Positions 29,895 to 50,935 of a DNA stretch of 64,000 bases are shown here, piece by piece (position 1 is the stretch's first letter; each line of letters begins with the position of its first letter). The notes under the pieces were generated by a model. The model saw nothing but the letters and a program-made list of their open reading frames with translations. It was not told where the DNA came from and searched no databases. Source of the DNA: Macrostomum lignano (Eukaryota); assembly GCA_002269645.1 (NCBI GenBank), contig NIVC01000052.1, forward strand, positions 806,001-870,000, read 5' to 3'. Made by a program: the position numbers and the translations under genes.

Positions 29895-30295
29895 TGACTG
29901 AATATCAGCTGGACATTGATGCTGAATTTGATTAGACGTCCGATTTGTCTGATCGAAGTGCAAAGATCAGAGATCGAATTCTTTTGCCGTTTTCATTGCG
30001 CAGAAATAAAAGTAAAAGTTAATAAGCTAAGTATGCACAACTTCTGCCTTGGATACCAGGGGGTTCATGCTATCGCTTTCTGTTCGGCTCGCTGCCCAAA
30101 ATCTGCGAGCTCAGAAAAGCTCAATTGATTAGATAAGAATCGGTGGTTTGAAGGCGAACTCAGACTTTTTATGTGGGGTCTCTCGGCCTTTAAATTGTGG
30201 CAGAATCACCTGTGAAGCCAAGCAGTTAAAAACTACTTTTGAAAGAAGCCCCGTTCGTTCTCAGAAACTCTGCTGGCATAGCAGGCCGTTTAAGC

Positions 30296-31167
30296 ATGGA
30301 TTCGCTGCTCAACTGGTGGGCGAAGAGCCCGAAGACCGTCACCTTTGTGGCCTCTGGCGCTGTCGCCGTCTGTCTCTGGGCCACTGCTCGAGTTGTTCGC
30401 CGCAGGCGGACGGGTCCTCGGTGGCCAACTATGAGAAGGACAAGGTGTACATGTTCAACTTTCCCAGCTGTCGCACCATCGTCAGCGTGTCCCCGTTCGG
30501 CCTCAAACTGGAGACGTGGCTCCGGCTGCACAAGATCCCGCACACGGTGACGCGCAAGATAATGGTGTGGAGCCAGAAAGGCCAAATCCCGTTCGTGGAG
30601 CTCAACGGTCAGGAGTACAACGAGTCCAATCTCATCATCGCCAAGCTCACTGAGCACTTTGGCGTGAAGGATAACCTCACGGATGAGCAGGAAGGCCTGG
30701 CCAGAGGTCTGGAGATGATGCTCGAGAATCAGACGGTCTATTCCTACTTCTATTACCGCTACGTTGAGGACGTGGTCAACTTCATCAACACCTGGGAGTT
30801 CTGCGGCTACCTGCTGCGCCAGTTTCTGTATTTCACTTTCCCGAGGGGCTACGGAAAGAAGGTGTTCTACCACGGCATCGGGCGCAACTCGGTGGCCGAG
30901 ATGTACGACATGGGCTTCCAGGACATCATGGCCCTGTCGAGAGCCCTCGGCAACAAGCAGTTCCTGTTCGGAGACGAGCCCACAACGGCTGATTGCTACG
31001 CGTTCGGCCACCTGGCCCAGATTCTCTACATCCCCATCAATTATCCGCACAAGAAGTTCATGCGGGAGAGCACCCCCAACCTGTGCGAGTACGTGGACCG
31101 CATGAAGGAGCGCTTCTGGCCCGACTGGGACAAGTTATCTCTGGAAAATTTGCAGGGATCTCCGTGA
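30296..31167 (+). CDS. FAXC-like: Failed-axon-connections (FAX/FAXC)/metaxin-type GST-fold protein, intronless, with a one-base frame break near 30412
   Basis: Motifs VYMFNFP, SVSPFGLKLETWLR, SQKGQIPFVELNGQEYNES, KQFLFGDEPTTADCYAFGHLAQ, NLCEYVDRMKERFWPDW. The N-terminal hydrophobic anchor (MDSLLNWWAKSPKTVTFVASGAVAVCLWATARVVRRRR) is in a different frame from the domain. Confidence 0.85.
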
Positions 31168-31903
31168 GCTCCGTGAGCTCCTCCGTGAGCTCCCTGCGTT
31201 ATTAGCGATGCGGTCACCTGATGAACCCGCTGTCTTGCTCTGGGAGTACTGTGAACTCTGAACTTTGACGAGCAGTGCTAGGTGTGCTATGTTAGATAGG
31301 TAGACAAAAAGCAATTTTTTAACCGTCTGAACTAATGATAATCAACGAAGTTAAGAAGCGAAAAAGTTTATTTTCAAGAATTTAAACATTTTTTAAACAC
31401 TGTCAATTTTCCCACAACATTTCCAGAGGCAATCGAGCCAAGAGCTCGTTCCCTCAGTAATAGCTTCACCACTGATTAAGAATGCAGCCGAGGTAAGGTA
31501 CTTACTCAGCTAGGGAGTGCGAGGTCAGGATCGAGTGAGCATGCATAATACGTCGCTGGCAAGCAGGCAGTAAAGCTTAAAAATATCCGAGAACAATAAT
31601 GTGATTCTGGTTGCTTTGAAACGACTTCGGCAATACTTGGGACACTGTCTGGACTCTGATTGGCTGAGGCCAGTCAATAAGGGTAAGGGAACTGAAAATA
31701 GTGGAGTTGGGGTGGGTGTCCCCGCGATTGGATGACGTGGCGCTCTTTCATTGGTGAGTAAAACAGTGAACGGCAAAAAAATATTTTAAGCTAGTAGAGA
31801 GTACAAATGAGAGAAACCTATGCAATTAGCGAGTGTTTCACCAGCACTATATGGCTATATCGATGACAGTAGAGACTGGGGAGGCAAAGAAAGGTGGAAA
31901 CTT

Positions 31904-40409
<8,506 letters not shown>

Positions 40410-40599
40410 CTGCGATGGGAAACGATTGTCTGTCACCTACTTGAAGTAGGCTGTTTTGACTGCGGCCAGTATTATAAGCTGCGCAGGTTTCTTGTAAACA
40501 AAACTGCTGTGGTTCGAAATAAATGTTTTATTACACATTCTATCGATATGCGCGTGGTATGCATCGGCGCGTTTGATGGTTTGACTCATTACATCATAG

Positions 40600-41510
40600 G
40601 CATTTTGAATCATTGCATCATAGAAAGTTTGAGTCATTGCAACATTGACAGTTAAAGTCAATACACCATAGACATTTTGAGTCATTACACCATAGACATT
40701 TTGAGCCATTACACCATAGACATTTCGAGTCATTACACTATAGACATTTTGAGTCATTACACCATAGACAATTTGAGTCATTACACCATAGACATTTTGA
40801 GTCATTACACCATAGACAATTTGAGTAATATATCCTAGACATTTTGAATGATGACATAATAGAAAGTTTGATTCATCACAACATAGGCGGTTTGAGTCAT
40901 TACACAATAGACGGTTTGAATCATTACATCATAATTTCAGTCATAGATCATAGACAGTTTGAGTCATTACATCATAATTTCAGTCATAGATCATAGACAG
41001 TTTGAGTCATTACATAATAATTTCAGTCATAAATCATAGACAGTTTGAGTCATTAGATCATAGACAGTTTGAGTCATTATACCATAAGCAGTTTTAGTCA
41101 TTAGATCATATGCAGTTTGAGTCATTACATCATAAGTTGAGTCATTTGATCATAGACAGTTTGAGTCATTACACCATAGACAGTTTGAGTCATTAGATCA
41201 TATACAGTTTGAGTCATTACATCATAAGTTCAGTTTGAGTCATTACATCATAAGTTCAGTTTGAGTCATTACAACATAGACAGTTTGAGTCATTACATCA
41301 TAAGTTCAGTTTGAGTCATTACATCATAAGTTCAGTCATTAGATCATAGAAAGTTTGAGTCATTACATCATAAGTTCAGTCATTAGATCATAGAAAGTTT
41401 GAGTCATTACATCATAAGTTCAGTTTGAGTCATTACATCATAAGTTCAGTTTGAGTCATTTACATCATAAGTTCAGTCATTAGATCATAGACAGTTTGAG
41501 TCATTGCATG
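40600..41510. repeat. Degenerate 19-24-bp satellite built on GTTTGAGTCATTACA
   Basis: Recurring core with variable spacers. Confidence 0.85.
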
Positions 41511-42113
41511 TTACCGTTAATGCAAAGTTACCGTGCTCAGAAGCAGGCTCACTGATGTCCTCTTCCATTTATCTACAAGTTCAGGCCATCTTACTGTTTA
41601 CGCTCGAGTTTCTTATTGAGACCCTGAGATCAATCAATAAATTTCTCAACTTAAAACTCGCTAATCCGTTTTCAACTTGACGTTCAAAAAAGTAATCGAT
41701 AAAAGCTGCTGGATTAGCAAACGAAAAAAAGTTGAATTGCCTTTAAATTCTGTCTTCTGCAACTTTTTTTGGGCGTCGCGTCCCAGCGATCGCAGGAGGT
41801 CGCTGATCCATTCTTGATGGAGCTTGGGCGATTGGGCAAACACTGGCTAAGTCCATGACATTGACAAACGAGCTAAGGCAAAAAATATTTTGCTCGGTTC
41901 GCGAGATGGAAGGTGCCGTTGCTAGAATGGAAGCACGCCTTTGGCGTTTAACGTGTCATTTGCTGCACTGATTTTGTATGCTGAGGGGATTCAAGCGACA
42001 CATTCTGGTACTGCTGCACTCGTTGGTACCTGCGCTGGGGACCGCGCACCGTTTGCGCAACTCCTACGAGCGAAAGGAGTCCACCAACTGCACTTGGCGA
42101 TGGAACCTTCGTG

Positions 42114-42452
42114 GGGTGTCAGGAGCTCTATACTGGAGTGTCAGGAGCTCTATACTGGAGTGTCAGAAGCCCTATACTGGAGTGTCAGGAGCTCTATACT
42201 GGAGTGTCAGGAGCTCTATACTGGAGTGTCAGGAGCTCTATACTGGAGTGTCAGGAGCTCTATACTGGAGTGTCAGGAGCTCTATACTGGAGTGTCAGGA
42301 GCTCTATACTGGAGTGTCAGGAGCTCTATACTGGAGTGTCAGAAGCTCTATACTGGAGTGTCAGAAGCCCTATACTGGATTGTCAGAAGCCCTATACTGG
42401 AGTGTCAGGAGCTCTATACTGGATTGTCAGAAGCCCTATACTGGAGTGTCAG
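42114..42452. repeat. 22-bp minisatellite (GGAGTGTCAGGAGCTCTATACT)n
   Basis: About 15 units. Confidence 0.9.
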
Positions 42453-43464
42453 GATGTTAGTAGTCACTACTAACAGCAATGCAGAAACCAAACGCCTTAC
42501 AAACACTTGCGCCCCCTTAAAATGTACGCTTTTAACTCATAATAAAGTAGATGCACAATTGCACGAGAAGCAATGCCCTAGAAAATAGCTCCCAATATTC
42601 CCAAGAAAAATAACGGCTGTAGTAATAACAGTAATAAATCATTAACGGATCCAACCGACCCACCTGCACTTACAATGCGAAGCTGTCAAATGCAGAGAAT
42701 AGCAGGCACCTGCTGCTCTAATATTATAGTAACTGGCCAATAGAGAGATTAGAAGAAACTATCAATTGAGATAAATTATAACACAGCTTCTATTGCCTCC
42801 GGAATGCTCCCAAACACAGTTGTCAGCACCCGGGAATGAAGTGCGCTACCGGATGGGAGGCATGGGCTCCACGCGATGCAATTATTTTCGTCTTGAAAAA
42901 GTCTCTATTCTCTGCGCTCCCTCCTCTCTCAGTGCTGGGACCAATCAGTGCTGAGGGGATACGGAAGGCTGCTGGACCCACCGACTTGATGCTGATAATA
43001 AACTGACTGCCCCCCAACCCCGCTGGCCAACTGACTTCCTTCACGGAGGGCGAAGGTGAAATCTGTTGCTAAGCTATACTAGTAAGCTGGTGCTTGGACA
43101 AGAAAAACTTTCACACAGGCTGGAATGCAGCTGCAGTATAGCGAGGGAGGAGATTGCCGAGAAATGGAAAGAGAGAAAATGATTCAGGAAAAGCAAGGCC
43201 GCTATCTAGACTTGGGAAAGTGTATCGGTGCGCGCATGCAGCAGTATAATGAGCCCGAGGCGCAGCGGGGAGCCTGGTTATTGCGCACGTCATCGTATGC
43301 GGTGAAAAAAGCACTGCTTTACGACATTCACGTCGGTTTTATTGTAATTTTGTGACAACTTGGCCCTCACTTGTCGGGCCAAGCTGTAACGGCGACATTC
43401 GACTCCTTCGCGCTGCATCATTAATTATGCATAGCTAGCTGCACTGGCTAGCTCCGCTGGGCGG

Positions 43465-44087
43465 TGGAACCAACTGGGGTAAGTGTGGAACCAACTGGGG
43501 TAAGTGTGGAACCAACTGGGGTAAGTGTGGAACCAACTAGGGTAAGTCTGGAATCAACTGGGGTAAGTGTGGAACCAACTAGGGTAAGTCTGGAATCAAC
43601 TGGGGTAAGTGTGGAACCAACTGGGGTAAGTCTGGAACCAACTGGGGTAAGTGTGGAACCAACTGGGGTAAGTGTGTAACCAACTGGGGTAAGTGTGGAA
43701 CCAACTGGGGTAAGTGTGGAACCAACTGGGGTAAGTGTGGAACCAACTAAGGGAAGTGTGGAACCAACTGGGGTAAGTGTGGAACCAACTGGGCTAAGTG
43801 TGGAACCAACTGGGGTAAGTGTGGAACCAACTGGGGTAAGTGTGGAACCAACTAGGGTAAGTCTGGAATCAACTGGGGTAAGTGTGGAACCAACTGGGGT
43901 AAGTGTGGAACCAACTGGGGTAAGTGTGGAACCAACTGGGGTAAGTGTGAAACCAACTGGGGTAAGTGTGGAACCAACTGGGGTAAGTGTGGAACCAACT
44001 GGGGGAAGTGTGGAACCAACTGGGGTAAGTGTGGAACCAACTGGGGTAAGTGTGGAACCAACTGGGGTAAGTGTGGAACCAACTGGG
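43465..44087. repeat. 21-bp minisatellite (GGAACCAACTGGGGTAAGTGT)n
   Basis: About 29 units. Confidence 0.95.
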
Positions 44088-44819
44088 TAAAGGGTGAAAG
44101 CTGGAAGCTGGGGTAGCGGATGAGTTACCTTCAACAAAGATCAACTTCCGTGAGAAATATTTCGCTCAGGCGAATATCAAAGCAATGCTATACTAATGAT
44201 CCTTCACACGAGCTATTTAAGCTGAAGCCAGAGTTTTTGATCCCGTCCACGTTGGCTCGAATAATGCCATCGAAGATGAATAATAAATGTTCAGGTGACG
44301 CCACAGAATATATTCTGTGGGTGAGACTGTCTGATGAAGCCAGGACTGCGAACAGAGTTTTAGCAATCTATTTAATAGCTTCAGACTTCAGAACTGAATT
44401 AACTACTGCCTGGCAGACAGAACTAAGATTGGCAGGTTCAGAGCGATTAGTTATTATATCCATAACAGATTTTACAGTTATAATATTGGGCCGCCACCAC
44501 GGCGATGTGCTGATTGAATTATTGATATTATAAGGCTGGGCGTATTCGCATTAACAATGGGCTACAGTGTGCCCAGCTCTATTTTGCTTCAAATTAATTT
44601 TGTGAATCATGGAGAAGACCACCGAGAGTTTTTAATATCCAAACGATGAACAGCTTTGCTAATCGAAAAGTGCAGAAATTACCAGAGCTATGAAAGTATG
44701 TCAGTTAGTATAGCTTTTTGCAGCCCTCTTGGGCTTACGCGCATTGAATTTAATCCGAGATACGTTTGCCAATGCAATGGAGCTTTTGTCTATGGTAGCA
44801 AGGCTGGCACAGCGGCATT

Positions 44820-45670
44820 TAATTTGGTCCAACAAGCACCAATTGGTCCAACAAGCATCAATTTGGTCCAACAAGCATCAATTTGGTCCAACAAGCATCA
44901 ATTTGGTCCAACAAGCATCAATTTGGTCCAACAAGCATCAATTTGGTCCAACAAGCATCAATTTGGTCCAACAAGCATCAATTTGGTCCAACAAGCATCA
45001 ATTTGGTCCAACAAGCATCAATTTGGTCCAACAAGCATCAATTTGGTCCAACAAGCATCAATTTGGTCCAACAAGCATCAATTTGGTCCAACAAGCATCA
45101 ATTTGGTCCAACAAGCATCAAATTGGTCCAACAAGCATCAATTTGGTCCAACAAGCATCAATTTGGTCCAACAAGCATCAATTTGGTCCAACAAGCATCA
45201 ATTTGGTCCAACAAGCATCAATTTGGTCCAACAAGCATCAATTTGGTCCAACAAGCATCAAATTGGTCCAACAAGCATCAATTTGATCCAACAAGCATCA
45301 AATTGGTCCAACAAGCATCAAATTGGTCCAACAAGCATCAATTTGGTCCAACAAGCATCAATTTGGTCCAACAAGCATCAAATTGGTCCAACAAGCATCA
45401 ATTTGGTCCAACAAGCATCAATTTGGTCCAACAAGCATCAATTTGGTCCAACAAGCATCAATTTGGTCCAACAAGCATCAAATTGGTCCAACAAGCATCA
45501 ATTTGGTCCAACAAGCATCAATTTGGTCCAACAAGCATCAATTTGGTCCAACAAGCATCAATTTGGTCCAACAAGCATCAATTTGGTCCAACAAGCATCA
45601 AATTGGTCCAACAAGCATCAATTTGGTCCAACAAGCATCAATTTGGTCCAACAAGCATCAATTTGGTCCA
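44820..45670. repeat. 20-bp satellite (AATTTGGTCCAACAAGCATC)n expanded from the inner TIR end
   Basis: About 42 units; the same 20-mer is present about 1.5 times at the other TIR ends. Confidence 0.95.
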
Positions 45671-46175
45671 AACGTTCGTGAGCCAGTCAGCAAACTCGCA
45701 ACCGTATGTAGGCTGTGGCGTAACGCTGAATCGATGGTAGCGTCTCTACCAACAATTTTCAGTTGCTTTTTTTCTGAGCTCTCGTGATAGACGAAATCTG
45801 ATAACCAACTGGAGCTGTTCCTTCAACTTCTGCTGCATTTTCTGCAACGTTAGCAAACGGTTCGTCTCAATTGCATCGAGTAGCAGTTGGACCTGAGTCT
45901 CTAGCAACTTTCCTTGGCAATTGCCACCCCTTTGCAGGCGATCTCTGCCGGCAGTGGTTTCCTTGTCCTTTGGATGTTCACGTGCTTTGATCACAAGCCA
46001 ATGGCACTCTTTCGACAGCCTGGCATATAGTCCACAATGCTGGGGCTGATCTTGCTCCTCTGCAGCAGTTGCAAATGCAGCTATGGACCAAATTGATGCT
46101 TTTTGGATTAAATTAAATGCCGCTGTGTCAGCCTTTCTACTATAGACAAAAGCTCCATTACATTGACAAACGTAT

Positions 46176-46409
46176 TGTTGTGTTTCTTGATGGAACACAA
46201 TGAACGAACACAATGTCCTTCTGGTTGTATTAGATATTATGTGCCTTGAGCAACTAGCTCCGGTCTTGGTCCGTTACCTCAATTTATTTTGCAGCTGTGC
46301 CGCCAAGCATAAAGAATTGAGATGCGAGACCTGAACCTCGCGACCTGACTCTATGGCATACAAATGCTCAAAATAAATTTACTCTGCTTGGGCTTACTTG
46401 CCCACAGCA
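46176..46409. mobile_element. Solo LTR (234 bp) inserted in the right TIR of the Tc1-like element
   Basis: Begins TGTTGTG, ends CACAGCA, flanked by the 5-bp duplication CGTAT (46171-46175 and 46410-46414). Removing it restores the TIR. AATAAA lies near the right end. Confidence 0.75.
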
Positions 46410-47939
46410 CGTATCTTGGATTAAATTAAATGCGCGTCGTAAGCTCAAATGGACTGCAAAAAGCTATATTTTTTCGATTCACAAAACAAGGAGTTTTGGC
46501 CATAGACAATTTCTTAGATTCATCCTTTCTTTCTTTAGAGTGCTGGTGTGACACTGTCGGCTGATTTTCCATGCAGGAATGGCATTGACATATGGCCAAG
46601 CATTCTTAAATGGATTTACTGCACGGCTTGGGATTTACTGCACAGTCGCGTTATCTTTCTATGTCTATGGCTAAAACCAGAAGAATGCTTTGCTCATAAA
46701 TCAATGGAGGAATCTAGCACGCTGACGAGTGCGTCAATGGCTGAAACACGAGTGCGCGTAGCGCACGAGGGTTTTTGCCATAGACGCACAAGTCAAAGTG
46801 CTTGATTCCCATTCTTATTTGATCCAACATGTGTGGCTAAAGTAGACAAGGGTGGAGCTGGGGGTGTGGAGGTAGACTTGAACCATAGACAAAATATGCG
46901 CGAGCTAGTCTGAACATTCTTGCACGATTGAAAGAAGATTATGCTTGTAGTCTATGGCTGTTATGCTAAATATAGAAACATTGCGCATTACATTCTTGCA
47001 CGATTGACATTCCTGCACCGAGTGCACATGCAAATTCAAGGTGCTTTTACCATAGACACTTGCATTTCTGCACGCATATGGCGACTTCCAAAGCATTCTT
47101 GCACGCTGGATCAAATAAGAATGAATCTATCACTAGGTTTCGAGTGCGTAAATAGTCTTGGCACGAGTGCGCGTTAGCACGAGTGCGCGTTAGCGCACGA
47201 GTGCCATAGACTATTTACGCACTCGAAACCACAGATACTATAAACACTAGATAGGCCACTCCAGCTAATTTTCACAACACGACAGTTTACTCTACTTTCT
47301 GCTTAGTAGTAGTAAAAACATTTTAGCGTTATTTATATTTTTTAAAAATAAAAAAACAGATGAATGCAATGCAGCAATTGTATTGATTTTTTTGCAAAAA
47401 GAAACTTATAATTATACTTTCCACAATTCAAAGCAACATTGTGAATGCTTTAGATTGCATAGAAGGCTATATTATTGCAGTCAACTATTGTATATTTAGC
47501 AAATACGAGCTATATCATATACTCCATAATCCATATTCGTGTAGCAAAATAGAAAGATTTCTCATCTTAATCAGCTCATCTGTTTGTGAAACTCGCAGCG
47601 TGCTGTTGAAGAACAGGGTCGCCAGTCGCCCTTGTTCAGAGGCAGCATTCAGAACGGCCCAACAGATGAAAAAAAACTGGCGAATGCGCCACTTCAAGGT
47701 CCAGGGATGTATCCGATGGAGAGCCAATCCTCAGTGGTTTCGTAACAGGCAGCCGATAAGCAGCAGGACTTTTGTGGTGCAGCTGCAATGAGCTGCTGAT
47801 GAGATGACATCCTTTGACCAGAGCACCCCTGACTGCGAGCGCCCTGCCGCCCAGTCGACCGCTGGAAGCTGCGCTAGCCACGCCTCCACAGTCCATGGAT
47901 GCACGACTGCGCTGCACTTGCCTTGACCATCGAATGTTG

Positions 47940-48290
47940 CCGCTGCAGCCGCTTGATTTGCCTGTCGCTTTCGGGATTGCCGCTGCAGCCGCTTGATTTG
48001 CCTGTCGTTTTCGGGATTGCCGCTGCAGCCGCTTGATTTGCCTGTCGCTTTCGGGATTGCCGCTGCAGCCGCTTGATTTGCCTGTCGTTTTCGGGATTGC
48101 CGCTGCAGCCGCTTGATTTGCCTGTCGCTTTCGGGATTGCCGCTGCAGCCGCTTGATTTGCCTGTCGTTTTCGGGATTGCCGCTGCAGCCGCTTGATTTG
48201 CCTGTCGCTTTCGGGATTGCCGCTGCAGCCGCTTGATTTGCCTGTCGCTTTCGGGATTGCCGCTGCAGCCGCTTGATTCGCCTGTCACTT
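47940..48290. repeat. 40-bp minisatellite (CGCTGCAGCCGCTTGATTTGCCTGTCGYTTTCGGGATTGC)n
   Basis: About 9 units. Confidence 0.9.
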
Positions 48291-48589
48291 TCGGCCTCGG
48301 GATCGTTGCTGCAGCCGCTTGATCGTTGCCTCTAGCGCTTGGAACCCGCGAATCGGCTGCAGAGGTGAGAGCTTTCAGCCGCAACAGCTGTTCTCGGCGC
48401 AGAATCTGGTAGCCGAAGGTTGCTCTGCCACAGCACTGGCAGCAGGCAAGTCGCAGGCTCGGCTGCAGATAGATTGCTAATTGGCCCCAGCACTGGAGGG
48501 TACATGTCGTCTGCCTCTTCATCGTTTATCAGTCCTTTGCACAGAGGGTAGCTGGTCTATTTGAACGAGCCGAGGCAGCATCAACTCTT

Positions 48590-48870
48590 GGTGTGGGATT
48601 GCGTCCCAGCGAAAACAGATGTCTTGCACATCCGTGGCACTTTGTAAGGCAGCAGTAGGCCTCGTCCATAAAGTGCAAGCTGAACACACGGAGGCCCCGT
48701 GATTTAATTGTTTATAAAGGTCAATATCCACGCTCCTGCAGTAGCTGCTGCCAGCGCTTCGCCAGTGTCATCTTTTGGTAATTTATGCATTCGCAACGGA
48801 TTTTTCTTTCTCGGATGTTAATAGCACTAGTACAAAGCTCGTGCAAGTGGGAGCACAGCAGTGGTTCGAA
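48590..48870 (-). pseudogene. Degenerate THAP zinc-finger domain (transposase-type DNA-binding domain)
   Basis: Manual translation across frameshifts and stops: CCAPTC...MHKLPKD...AKRW...RVFSLHF...WDAIP, in THAP order and spacing; the third Cys is replaced by Phe. Confidence 0.6.
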
Positions 48871-49125
48871 TCAAAACATTTCTCGAGTACAAGATTAGAT
48901 AGAAAAGCTAGTATGCACTCGAACTTTCTTTAACTCTGACTCTTGTCCTGTTCATCTATATAAGCTTGTATTTAAGCACGATTCGCCACCCCCAAATTTT
49001 CTAACCCACAACCTCTCAACCCCCACCCCTAACCCAGGCTAGCTATGTGCAGTCCTTTATTTTCTATCCCACCACCAGTGGGCCTAAATTATCGATCCAC
49101 TCACCCTGCCTTATACGAAACTGAT

Positions 49126-49673
49126 ATTAACCCTATTCCAGACTACCCCCCTTCCTCCACTTTGAAAGATAGCGGCATTGCACACTGTCTGTCGCGTCTT
49201 AATGTACACCATTACTGCACAAAACAAGTTAGTTGTTTATGGCGTTAGCAAAACGATGTCTTAAAAACAGTCACTCGATTTGTCTAATTTAGCAAATAAT
49301 ACTGTTGCTTCCTTTCATTGCTACTAAGCAGAAAGTAGAATAAAAAACTTGCCCAGAAAATTAGCCTGAGTGGCCTATCTAGTGTTTATAGTATCTGTGA
49401 TTAACCCTATTCCAGACTACCCCCCTTCCTCCACTTTGAAAGATAGCGGCATTGCACACTGTCTGTCGCGTCTTAATGTACACCATTACTGCACAAAACA
49501 AGTTAGTTGTTTATGGCGTTAGCAAAACGATGTCTTAAAAACAGTCACTCGATTTGTCTAATTTAGCAAATAATACTGTTGCTTCCTTTCATTGCTACTA
49601 AGCAGAAAGTAGAATAAAAAACTTGCCCAGAAAATTAGCCTGAGTGGCCTATCTAGTGTTTATAGTATCTGTG
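49126..49673. repeat. 274-bp direct tandem duplication
   Basis: 49126-49399 is repeated at 49400-49673, apparently identical by eye. Confidence 0.9.
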
Positions 49674-50602
49674 CTCGAAACCTAGAGATAAATCTACCAT
49701 TCTTGCACTCTTTTACGTGCAGGAATGGATGTCTATGGTGAAATCTCACTGAAAAAGCATTAGGCGCAGAAATGCATTCCTGCGCGGTTTTGTGCATTCC
49801 TGCACGATGACTCATCCGACAATGGGATTCCTTCACGTTCACTCGTGCGGGAATGACATCTGCACGAGTGCGCGCTAGCGCACTGTGTATGGCAAAGCTT
49901 GGCAGAAAAGCTAGAGTACACTTCTGTGCTCAATAACTCGCCTCTGGAGCAATTTTTCGCAAACAAATGTTTGTGGGAAAAACTTACAAATGTTTACTGT
50001 GGACCTGTTAAATTACTGTGCTATAGGCCTAACTGCTCACTCACAGTGAGCGCACAAAGTGTTACCCTTTTTTTGGGACACCCGTTATAACACTAATATG
50101 GATGGGCCGCATCGGGCCGAAACGGGCCTCGGCATTATAGCTCATTTCTGCCCTCTGCAGCCCATCAATATTGGTATATTCCAACGTAAAAAGCTTCCAT
50201 ACCCAGAGAGAAAGTCAGTTCCAAGCAACCTTGGTAACTCCGAAGTGAGGGAGACTTCTCTAAACATAATAACTAATCTTTTTCGCTGCCATCTTATCGG
50301 AGCAACTGCAACCATATAGAATTGACAACCACAGTCAAGCACTGTGCAGATAACTGTGCCGGAAGCTCTGTGGCTGAAAAAGGCTGTCACTTTCAGCCAA
50401 AGTACGACTGGCTGCATGACTACAGAGGAGGTGGAAATTCCAGGCCCCTTGACCGTGACAGGTTTATTTGTAAGACTGCAGGTATAGGCAATGTTCAAGA
50501 ATGCGAACTTTTCATTCCCTGTTGGGAAAAATCGAATTCTCTTTGATCTCGAGGTTGATGCCCAGCGATATGTATTATGGAGTTCCATGCAGTAGTCTCT
50601 CG

Positions 50603-50695
50603 GCTGGCGCCTCTGGTGCTGGCGCCTCTGGTGCTGGCGCCTCTGGTGCTGGCGCCTCTGGTGCTGGCGCCTCTGGTGCTGGCGCCTCTGGTGCT
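50603..50695. repeat. 15-bp repeat (GCTGGCGCCTCTGGT)6
   Basis: Tandem units visible. Confidence 0.85.
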
Positions 50696-50727
50696 CAAAT
50701 GAAGCGGCGCTCCAGTTAAATTCTGTC

Positions 50728-50935
50728 TTGTTGCTTTTGTTGTGTGGTTGTTGTTGTTGTGATGCTGTTATTCTTGTTGCTAATTGCTACTGCTGCCGTT
50801 GTTGTTGTTGTTGTTGGTACTGTTGTTGTTGCTGTTGTTGTTTTTATTTGTTTTTGTTGTTGTTTTTGTTTGTTGTTGTTGTTGTTGTTGTTTTTGTTAT
50901 TGTTGTTGTTATTGTTGTTGTTTGTTGTTGTTGTC
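50728..50935. repeat. Imperfect (GTT)n trinucleotide repeat
   Basis: Visible run. Confidence 0.9.

Larger units (their letters stand above)
44711..46466 (-). mobile_element. Tc1/IS630-like non-autonomous TIR element, copy 2 (inverted relative to copy 1)
   Basis: Same TIRs as 1399-2145, with TA flanks. The internal HTH-like relic is on the minus strand (LLDAIETNRLLTLQKMQQKLKEQLQLV). Contains a 20-bp satellite and a solo LTR. Confidence 0.75.
46710..49895 (-). mobile_element. Degenerate foldback-like DNA element: inverted arms enclosing a THAP-domain relic
   Basis: 47230-47261 is a perfect 32-bp inverted match to 49642-49673, with further inverted matches on both sides. Minus-strand frameshifted THAP motifs lie at 48590-48870. 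Outer boundaries are approximate. Confidence 0.5.

Noticed and set aside
30400-30425. Programmed -1 ribosomal frameshift in the FAX gene
   Set aside because: No X-XXY-YYZ slippery heptamer at the junction.
44120-44533. Possible non-LTR retrotransposon 3' remnant (NDPSHELF resembles DPSHPL)
   Set aside because: A single weak motif; insufficient evidence.
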